DNA of 11,275 nt from Octopus sinensis (taxonomy: Eukaryota), in NCBI RefSeq assembly GCF_006345805.1, contig NW_021826723.1, positions 1 to 11,275 of the forward strand, given 5' to 3'. A program made the position numbers and the translations under genes. The notes below the pieces were generated by a model. It had not been told where the DNA came from, did no database searches, and saw only the letters and a program-made list of their open reading frames with translations. The first letter of the stretch is position 1, and each line of letters begins with the position of its first letter. Positions 1 through 9,699 of this stretch are shown one piece after another.

Positions 1-355
1 ACACTATATACATATATACCTATATATATATATAGATATAATATATAGATAGATAGATAAATAGACTGAACAGAAAGATAGATACATATAGGCATACATG
101 TTTCATATGTGTATCTATATATAACATATACAGACATATATATTCAATATATATATATATGTATAGATATATATATAGATATATATATTATACATATACA
201 TATATATTCAGTATATATATATGTGGCACATATATTTTCAATATATATACATATTTATATATATACATAATTTTCAATTATATATATGTATACGTGTGTG
301 GTATATATATATATATATATTAATATATATATATATATATATAAATATAATATAA
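1..355. repeat. Degenerate (TA)n/(TAGA)n microsatellite region
   Basis: Interrupted TA dinucleotide runs with ATAG/ATAC variants throughout. Confidence 0.9.
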
Positions 356-480
356 TTACACAGATATGGAGAGTGAGAGAGAAAGATGCACATAGATAGA
401 TGTTTGTGTGTTTTGGAAAAGGAAAAAAAAGAGAGAGATAGGGAAGAGAGAAAGAATAAGACACAGAAGAGAGAGAGATT

Positions 481-560
481 TGTGTGTTTTGTGTGTGTGT
501 TGCGTGTGTGTGTGTGTGTGTTTGTGTATGTGTGTGTGTGATGATGTGTGTGTCTGTGCT
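481..560. repeat. Imperfect (TG)n microsatellite
   Basis: tgtgtgtttt gtgtgtgtgt tgcgtgtgtg... alternating TG with interruptions. Confidence 0.9.
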
Positions 561-922
561 TGTTCCCGTTTCTGCATAAAACAAATCCGACAGACACGTG
601 GTATGAAGAATAGAGAGAAGGAGAGAGGGGAAATTGCTCGAGCTTAGATATTTGCAAGGCTGAATGGGTGGAAGGGTGAGGAAGAGAGACAGCATTGAAA
701 AGCCGAGTTAAGAGGGAGGATGAGCAGGAGAGGGAGAGAGACTGACGATTGAAACAGAAGGAAGAGAAGGAAAAGAGCAACAGAGTTGATGATAGATGAA
801 GAATACCCAAATGAGATACAGATGAGAGAATATGCCAGTCAGATAAGTTTGATAATAAGAGTTAAGGGAGGAGAAGTCGCTGGTGGTGGCAACGTTGCAA
901 GACGGGGAAAAATAGAAACGAC

Positions 923-1002
923 AGAGAGAGAGAGAGAGAGGGAGAGAGAGGGAGAGAGGGAGAGAGGGAGAGAGGGAGAGAGAGGGAGAGAGGGAGAGAG
1001 AG
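923..1002 (+). repeat. 80-nt pure purine tract: (GA)n grading into (GGGAGAGA)n
   Basis: Only A/G from 923 to 1002; GGG runs start at 940, 950, 958, 966, 974, 984 and 992. Confidence 0.92.
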
Positions 1003-1129
1003 TAAGAAAAAGGTGAATAGAGAGGAAGGATTGCGAAATCCAAGAGTGTGAAAGAAAAGCATATACATACAAACATGCATCCAAAAGTGAATGCTACATG
1101 TCTACAAATACATATTTGCATTAAATAAA

Positions 1130-1250
1130 TAAATATATATGTACGTACACACACGCACACAAACACATTCATGCACACACACAAACGCCACATACACATG
1201 CAAAACACATACACACATGCACACGCAAACACACACAAAAAACATATATA

Positions 1251-1333
<83 letters not shown>

Positions 1334-1509
1334 CATATATATACATACATACATACGTATATATACATATAACATATATATATTTATGCATGTGGCTATA
1401 TATATACGTATATATATGTGTATATATATATATATACACATATGTGTATATATTGATGTAAGTGTATGTATATAGTATAATATTTATATTATAAATATAT
1501 ATAATATAC

Positions 1510-1571
<62 letters not shown>

Positions 1572-1600
1572 TATATATAGATATTATATATATATACACA
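1130..1600. repeat. Compound (CA)n/(TA)n microsatellite block
   Basis: (CA)n at ~1294-1319 flanked by TA runs; near-perfect (TA)n at ~1517-1561. Confidence 0.9.
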
Positions 1601-1740
1601 CAAACAAATAAACGAAAATAATATGACATTACGTCTTATAACCCGCAATAATGCATACTTACACAAGCATACAAATGCGCATACTGATCGTGTATACACC
1701 GACACACAAGCACGCATGCATGCGTATAAGAATGTACCGT

Positions 1741-1780
1741 CATCAACAACAATACCAACAACAACAACAACAGCAAACAA
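1741..1780. repeat. Imperfect (CAA)n microsatellite
   Basis: catcaacaacaataccaacaacaacaacaacagcaaacaaa. Confidence 0.8.
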
Positions 1781-1892
1781 ATTTGATTTTTAAATAACTT
1801 TTGAGCTGTCTTAGTTATATTTACTCTTTTGAGCGACAATGATCTTCGTATGGAAGGACGTAATTGATAGGATATGGAATGGCAAGGTAGCG

Positions 1893-1919
1893 ATAAGTAT
1901 ATATATATATGTATGAATG

Positions 1920-1975
<56 letters not shown>

Positions 1976-2387
1976 GCTATACACATACAGAAACACATAC
2001 ACATACACATATATAAATATAGATATATTTACAAATATATGTATATAAATATTTATATACATACACGTATATACATACATACATATATATATATATACAC
2101 ACACAAATATATATACATACACACACAAATATATATTCGAACATAAACAAATACACACACATGTATATGCATATATATGTGTCAGAGAGATTTTGTGCGT
2201 GTGTGTGTGTATGTGTGTTTGTACCTCTCTCTGTGTTTGCGCGCTCGTTTGTATATGTGTGTGTGTGTGTGTATGTGTGTGTGTGTGTGTGTATGTGTGT
2301 GTGTGTGTGTATGTGTGTGTGTGTGTGTTTGTGTATGTGTGTGTGTATGTGTATGTGTGTGTGTGTGTGTGTGTTGTGTGTGTGGTG

Positions 2388-2420
<33 letters not shown>
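1893..2420. repeat. Compound microsatellite: (TA)/(CA) block followed by a long (TG)n block
   Basis: (CA)n at ~1926-1953 and TA/CA-rich sequence to ~2165; (TG)n with TA interruptions at ~2195-2420. Confidence 0.92.
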
Positions 2421-2421
<1 letters not shown>

Positions 2422-2782
2422 CAGAGTTCATGTTTGCCTGTGTCGTTCTGATTACACAATTCTACACAGGGTACAGGTAAACATATAAAATGTACGGATT
2501 CATATTAAACCAAGTATAACTGCATGTATTTTTACTCACACTTTTAATTCTATATGCAGACAGATAGCATATATGCATGTATCGTGTATGTATATTTCTG
2601 AATACACACTGATGTTTATGCACACATATACATACACAAATAGTTACGTTAGGGTGATGAACAACACACATTATCTGATGAAAGAGGTTCATAATAGGAA
2701 TGGAGCCATTTTATTATATGTGTGGGATAATTGTATCTTCGAATTACGATTCTCTAGGCCTATTAAAGGTGAATTCTTCATC

Positions 2783-3214
<432 letters not shown>

Positions 3215-3526
3215 GACTTCATGACGAGGTTACCGTGATCTTTTCCGTAGGCTTTTCTTTCCACGGGTAAACCTCACCTGTCCTCCCTTTACACTTCATA
3301 TTGACATTTCTGTGATAACGATCCCTATGATCAATTTTTTTTTCCTCTCCCCTTTTTTTTTTTGTTTTAACCCCCCCTTTTTTTGTCTCTTTCTCTCCTT
3401 TTACGATCCCTTTTGATCGAAACTCCCCCTTCCTTTTTTTTTTTTTTTTTTTTAAACCTTCAAAGAAAAGCTCTACCTTGTAATTTGTTCTATCTGTGTG
3501 CAGCCCTGTGTGGCTAATAAAGAAAC
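3215..3526 (+). mobile_element. Probable 5'-truncated LINE (non-LTR retrotransposon) 3' end inserted in a (TCTA)n array
   Basis: Non-repetitive cassette with (TCTA)n on both sides. It has a T/C-rich UTR-like body, AATAAA at 3516-3521 and an immediate simple-repeat tail. Family assignment is from recollection only; no RT ORF is visible. Confidence 0.45.
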
Positions 3527-3531
3527 ATATA

Positions 3532-3591
<60 letters not shown>

Positions 3592-3641
3592 AATCTATCT
3601 ATCTATCTGTCTGTCTGTCTGTATCCCCCTCTCTCTCTTTC

Positions 3642-3685
<44 letters not shown>

Positions 3686-3690
3686 CCAAT
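3527..3690. repeat. (TCTA)n microsatellite with a TCTG/TC interruption
   Basis: Long near-perfect CTAT runs at ~3533-3606 and ~3642-3685. Confidence 0.93.
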
Positions 3691-3827
3691 CTACCTACAC
3701 ATGTGTATACATATAAGTCTTTGTGTGTATGTGAGTGTTTGCGTGCTGTGCATGTTTATACTATTATTATTTTTCATATGTACACATATATGGAGTGAGA
3801 GAGTACTAAAAAGAAAGAGAGTGAGAA

Positions 3828-4030
3828 TATCTATCTATCTGTCTGCCTGTCTGTCTGTTTGTCTATCTATATCTAATTGCATACATGTATACCTACATGT
3901 ATATGTGTATGTGTATGTTGTGCGTGTGTATACCTCATTAATTTTCTAATATATATATATATATATATAGATATATATATATATATTATCATATATATAT
4001 ATTATATATATATATATATAAATATATGCA
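3828..4030. repeat. (TCTA/TCTG)n followed by degenerate (TG)/(TA)n
   Basis: Visible simple repeats; TA runs at ~3949-4020. Confidence 0.85.
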
Positions 4031-5368
4031 TATATGGAGTGAGAAAAAAGAGCGACAGAGAGACGGATAGTGTTACATAGAAGCATATACATTCACATCT
4101 GTAATATGTATGCGAACCTGCACACACATATATGAATATCTTTACATATATGAATAAGCTAGCATGAATATACACACCTCTATCCCTGTCTCACAAATTA
4201 TGTACGCATAAATATATACACAAACACACGCATAAACACACATAAACACACACAGCGGTAACATATTTGAACATGTGTATGCAACTCAAACTCTTCTCTT
4301 ATTTCTCACTCACTCACTCACCTCCTTCCTCTCTTTTTCTTCCTCTCTTTCTATCTTTGTAATACACATACACAAATATCTACTCATCGTTGATGATAGA
4401 TAAAGGGGAAATAATCATAAAAATGAACTATAAAAAAGAAAGATTGAATAACATAAACGATGATAATACTCGCAGCAATATATAAACAAATATAAAGAAC
4501 TAATTTGCCAGAAATGAATACAACCAAACAAACCAACCACAAAAGTAAAAAAAATGATAAATATAATAAATTAAACAACAATGAAATCAATAAAGCTGCC
4601 ATTAAGAAAAGAAAAGAGAGAATATAAGCAATGTGATATCTACGTTGATAAAATAAAATGAAGTAAAAAAAAACATGGCGGAAAATTTAGTAAAAATGTC
4701 GACCAAGAGATTCGTAATAGAAGTTCTGAAGAAAGGTTAAATGATTAAAAGCTCTTGCTGCAAGATAAGCTTACTTTGTGGTTATCACTGAAGCCTGTGA
4801 TATTTCAACAGTAAAATTGGCTGGAGGTCATGTGATGAGATATAGGGTTTTCAATATGGCAGAAAGATGAAGAGAAAAATAGAGAGAGAGAAAAGATATG
4901 GTTTATTGTGAAATGAAATCATAAACATCTGAATACGAACGTAAACTCGATCGCTCATGTATACTGCATCAATGTTTCATACATATACGAGTGTGTGTCT
5001 GTCTATATGTTTATATGTATGCAAGTATGGATTTATTTATCTATCTATCTATCTATGTTTGTTTGTCTGTATGTATGTATGTTCATATAAGCATGTGTGT
5101 TTCTCTGTGGGGCGAACATGCATGTCAGTGCGTGTGCACGTGCATACCTGTTCTTTTTTTTTATCAAATTCTAAAATATTAACCATATTTTCTCACTCTT
5201 CACGTGTTCGTTGATAATATTCACCTTTGTATGATTCCGTTCCATTGTAATGAATCGCTATCAAACAAGAATAGAAAAAACAACAACAGAAATATATATT
5301 GGTGTATGTATATGTGTAATTAGTGTATGTTTGTGTGTACATACTATCTACCTATCTCTCTCTCTGTA

Positions 5369-5371
<3 letters not shown>

Positions 5372-5407
<36 letters not shown>
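5372..5407. repeat. Perfect (AT)n microsatellite
   Basis: Uninterrupted AT run. Confidence 0.93.
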
Positions 5408-5409
<2 letters not shown>

Positions 5410-5788
5410 TATGGGGAATTTTTCGCTTGTTTTGTTTTGTTATCAGAGATGTGTGTAAGAACATTATTAATATCATAGTTTTGAAGATTTTTTAAGACTT
5501 TCTTAACACTTAAGTTATGCTGTAAAAAATGGCTGTATTTCTTCCTGCAGCTTACGCGTGCCATACTCGCTGTTACGCGAACAACTTCTTGTACACCACT
5601 AATTTACAATATATTGTTGTAGCAGAAAAGTGTATTCACATGACAAAGTACAGAGTTCATTTGAAATAAAACCTTTCTTCCTTCACAACCCTCTCTCCCT
5701 TGGGTAATGTGAAACCAGACGGTGTCAAAGGTCATTGTGTGGCGGTCCCGTCACACATCTCTGACTTCTGCAGCGACAGTATATATAT

Positions 5789-5954
5789 ATCTTCTATCTT
5801 TTACTTGTCTTAATCAATAGACTACGGCTATGCTGGGGCACCGCATTGAAAAACTTTTTCGCCGCAAATATCGAACCCAGCCGAACTGGTAAGTTACGGG
5901 GTGCTAGACACACGTGCACCTGTTGTCCAGCAGGACAACAAACACAGACACAAC

Positions 5955-5989
<35 letters not shown>

Positions 5990-5995
5990 CACACA
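5789..5995 (-). mobile_element. Decayed 3' half of a SINE (resembles the octopus OR2-like CORE-SINE family), including its internal (CA)n tract
   Basis: 5789-5847 aligns by eye with 11081-11140 at about 47/60 identity (atctt..tcttttac.tgt....tca...gact.cggc.atgctgg.gc.ccgc.tt). The downstream motifs gccgaac..taagttacgggg and acaaacacagacac match my recollection of this family. No tRNA head is visible. Confidence 0.7.
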
Positions 5996-6011
5996 TATAT
6001 ATATATATATA

Positions 6012-6451
6012 CTAGCAGCATAGCCCGGCGTTGCCCGTGTATGTAAGAGCCCCTAGTAGGCAACGACTAATCCCAATCTAGTCCTTTCCCTCTAGGAACG
6101 AAGGCGCATGTGTAGGTTGCAATGTCTTCTCTTTACTCGAATACTTCTGTGTATATACGATGTTCCTAGCTGTCCCTTTTGGCGATTAAATGGTCGAGTT
6201 GTGTCCCCTAGACAGAAATGTGTTGCATATAAAAAGCTTAGATTCTCGAGCCGATGTCGAATTTATCGATTATTTTCAGAACTGGGGGAACTTTTCAAAA
6301 TTTTCACTGCGTTAGTTTTGAATTATGACATTGGGCTATGTGTGTGTCAAGTTTCATCAGGATCGGTTGAAAGCCGTGGTCAGGGTGAGGGTACAACCTG
6401 ACAGACACACAGACACACAGACAGACAAACTGCCGTTTATATATAGAGAGA
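6012..6451 (-). mobile_element. Non-autonomous Helitron (rolling-circle transposon), 440 bp, both termini intact
   Basis: The minus strand begins A|TCTCTCTATATATAAACGGCAG (5' TC at 6451-6450) and ends ACGGGCAACGCCGGGCTATGCTGCTAG|T (3' CTAG at 6015-6012). A GC-rich hairpin (~6024-6037) lies 8 nt before the CTAG. It sits in an AT dinucleotide with no TSD, and has an internal (ACAG/AC)n tract at ~6400-6427. Confidence 0.85.
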
Positions 6452-8370
6452 TATATATAAATAAATATATATATTGCTGTATTTCGGGACGGACATTTTT
6501 TCCCAAGCGCGCACACTATATATTAGTTATTTACTCGTTTAATACTGTTCTTATTTTAACTCATGACCATCGGTGCGTTGATTTATAATTGCTTAGTTCA
6601 TTCTGGCTATGTAAAAATATATCACAAATATAAGGACTGTGTGCTGAGACTTAAAGAGTGAAAGAGACAGATGTCGTAATATACATTACGAGTGTGCAAA
6701 TGAAGTCGGCTGGGGTCTCTAGTAATGTTTCCAGTAATATTTTCAGTGTTGCAGAATTACCATAGGGAATGCATCATGGCGGACCTCTAAGAAATAGAGG
6801 TGGAAAAAAACCGTCGGTAATGTGTTTCCCACAGGAAGAATGAATGAAGCAGAAGGGAGATTGTTAGAGAGAAAAACAGCGAAGAGAATTCTTAAAACAA
6901 ATCCAGACAGATAAATGTCTTATTATTGACAGGGCAGCAAAAAAAACACAAAAAAACAACAAAAAAAAACAAGACACTAGATGATATAACCATTATAACA
7001 GTAACGATAATGGTCAACTCATTAATTAAATATATTAAACAACACAACGAAACAGTTATTCATCGGAAATACATTTGCGTTATTGTATAACTAATAGATT
7101 TCAATATAATTTACGATGAATCAAAAAGGAAACAGGAATAAGGTAGATTTGCCTTTACTCACTAGACTCTTGCAGTCCATGTATAATTAATAATCAATAT
7201 ATGAATACATAGCTTAATAAAGTGACTCATATGTGAACTACATGGTAATAGTATTCACTATATACACACACATACAGACACAGACACACACACACATATA
7301 CCCGGGTATATGCTCCCACATATACATTCTTGTGTATGTATATGTGTGATTGTATGTGAATGCGTATAGAGACACAGGCCTTTTTTTTTACATCCTTATT
7401 CTGATGGAATACGAAATCTCCGGTCTTCTGTTTGTACTGTCAATTTATATACAACAAATATTTAAACAGCACGAAAATGAATATTTCATTTTGATATTTC
7501 TTTCTATAATGTCATAGAAACCTGCTCATATGTTCGGTGATATGTAATTAAATATCTCCTTCACAATCCCTTAATTATCTACCCTTTTAAATTAATGAAT
7601 TGCCTGTAACTACATCATATTTCAACACAGCATCGGATTTAAAACACATTAATTAAGCACTTAAAATAAATTAATTACAAATATATATAATGTAACGTAG
7701 TTTTACAGAACAGGTTTCTTATTCTCTGTGTAGTTCAGATCCTTATCAATCCCAATGGCGCAGACGTATGATGAAATACTACGTTTTTTTTTGTCGGTGC
7801 GTATTTAACACTAGATTATCTAACGTGTCCTTTATTTTTAATACAGTGATATAATGGGCGTTTAGCTATTATTTCTGAGAGGTCAAACGATTATGTAGAG
7901 GATACATCATTGTCTTGGATATAATTTAAACTAATCACTAATCAGAGCTATAATCAAAAATGTTTTAGTTCAGTGTTCCTATATGTTATATGAGATTCAG
8001 ATGCGATTGAACGGACTTCTAGCTACTATTTCTAGCAGATCTAGAGCGGCTATATTAGTTGAATAGAAAACACTTTTAGGACTATATAAAATAAAAGGCT
8101 TCCGAAACAGATGTCATAAGTTTTAAGCACCATTCGAGTTTACTATGTATTTCGTTTTGCAATCATAATATACGACCAAGCATATTAAAAATTCATAAGT
8201 CAAATTTTTTTGTATTAGCAGTGCAATTTAATCACTTTAAGTTATCTCTAAAGGTTTTCTGTATAATTTAGAGTCAGTACTGAAAGTTACGTTTCGTATA
8301 CAAAACATCTTATACACACACATATATGTATGTAAGTATGTATGTATATATGTGTGTGTATACATATATA

Positions 8371-8560
8371 ATCATTTCAAATAAAGGAAAATAATGATAA
8401 CATAAACGGACAACAAGCGGACGTGCACAGTAATGCATTGGCGTGACGCTCTTTAAGAAGTGATAGCCTGACGTTTCGAGCATAGCTCTTCGTCAGAACG
8501 GAGAAAGAGAAAAGTCTAAAGAAGGAAAAGAAATCACCAACAGCAGGTGTGTAGTTACGT
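8371..8560 (-). mobile_element. Short non-autonomous Penelope-like/retrozyme-like element, copy A
   Basis: Contains a hammerhead core. Shares collinear motifs with 8625-8835 in inverted orientation: aaatc(a/g)ccaac, the core, gagcgtc and acgtcc..ttgttgt. Flanked by AT-rich simple sequence. Boundaries are approximate. Confidence 0.6.
8470..8496 (-). ncRNA. Minimal type I hammerhead ribozyme core (extra-A variant)
   Basis: The minus strand reads CUGACGA-A-GAGC-UAU-GCUC-GAA-ACGU-C: CUGANGA box, 4-bp stem II, GAAA box, palindromic ACGU stem III and a GUC cleavage triplet. Stem I is only ~2 bp. Confidence 0.7.
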
Positions 8561-8624
8561 TGCTGTATATATATAAATACAGTAATAAGAATGTATACAA
8601 TCTATATATATATATATATTCAAT

Positions 8625-8835
8625 ATGTGACCGCGTGTGTATCGTTGGCGATTTTTTTTCCTCCGTATTCCCTTCCTTGGATCTTTCCTTTCCTATGTTT
8701 TCTGACGAAGAGTCCGCTCGAAACGTTCAATCCTCTTCTTTCTTTCCTTTCCTGAGCGTCCAATAATACTATACTTGTTACAACGTCCTCACGTTGTTGT
8801 GTTTCTCCTTTGTGTTTCATGTTTGGATTATTAAC
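8625..8835 (+). mobile_element. Short non-autonomous Penelope-like/retrozyme-like element, copy B
   Basis: Contains a hammerhead core and is an inverted homolog of 8371-8560. It is bracketed by (TA)n at ~8603-8619 and 8846-8885. Confidence 0.65.
8702..8728 (+). ncRNA. Minimal type I hammerhead ribozyme core (extra-A variant)
   Basis: CUGACGA-A-GAG-UCCG-CUC-GAA-ACGU-UC: both conserved boxes, a 3-bp stem II and palindromic (A)ACGU(U). The cleavage triplet would be GUU or UUC; stem I is weak. Confidence 0.65.
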
Positions 8836-8840
8836 TATAC

Positions 8841-8845
<5 letters not shown>

Positions 8846-8885
<40 letters not shown>
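8846..8885. repeat. Perfect (TA)n microsatellite
   Basis: Uninterrupted TA run. Confidence 0.93.
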
Positions 8886-8891
<6 letters not shown>

Positions 8892-9699
8892 CCTACTAAA
8901 ATATATACATACAAACATACGTATATCCATGCACAAATACATACATATATACTTATGTACATACATAATAAATGCATTTATGCATTAAACTATGAAACAT
9001 CTATCGGACAGATGTAAGTAGAAATCTGTGTCTGCAATTCGAAATTTTTCTCTTTTGGTTCAGATTCGGAGAAGGTATTTCTTTTCTCATGAACACCAGC
9101 AGTTGCTCATGCAGCAAATCTACCCCTTTCTCTCTTTCTACGCCATCGACTATATCCAAGGGAACATTCTTTATTATATAATAATAGTTTCATAAACTAA
9201 AATAAAAATGATATATGAGGCATCTTAAAAGACCAACCAGATAGAAAAATAGTCCAGGGGTAAAAAAAAAAAATAATAATAAACCACAACAAACAGTGAA
9301 ACTAAGAAATATAGCAGGGATTGCTACAATCGTCTTTGATGTTACCACGCCATCAAACCATCTCTCTACGCTGATATAGTAATGGTGTGTACAGTGACAG
9401 AGTTACTATAAACTATTCAAGCAAATCATACGCCCGAATTGCATAACATAACAGAAATAGACATTTAGAGAGAGACTGTAATATAATAGGATCGTGACAA
9501 AGGGAATAGAAGTGAGTCATAACTACTTCTGCCGGCGTTATTTGGATTTCCTAAATGTAACACTGATTGAAATATCTGTGTGTGGCTGTATGCGTAAGTA
9601 TTATTGTATGTGTTACTGTACGCAAGCACGTTTGGGCGTTTTTGTTTGTAGATATATGTATAGGGATGTGTAGTTATGATTGTATGTGTGCTTCTGTGT

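Noticed and set aside
255-2692. Many long ORFs rich in C/V/Y/I/H/T
   Set aside because: They are mainly translations of (TG)/(CA)/(TA)/(GA) microsatellites, which lack stop codons; there are no recognisable domains.
4675-4740. ATG in good Kozak context (AAACATGGCG), MAENLVKMSTKRFVIEVLKKG*
   Set aside because: Only 21 codons, a weak donor (gttaaa), and no homology or promoter evidence.
6108-6588. 97-aa and 87-aa ORFs over the Helitron
   Set aside because: No Rep (HUH) or helicase motifs; the element is too short to be autonomous.
7402-7420. CTGATGGAATACGAAA as a third hammerhead
   Set aside because: The CUGANGA box is broken and there is no stem II.
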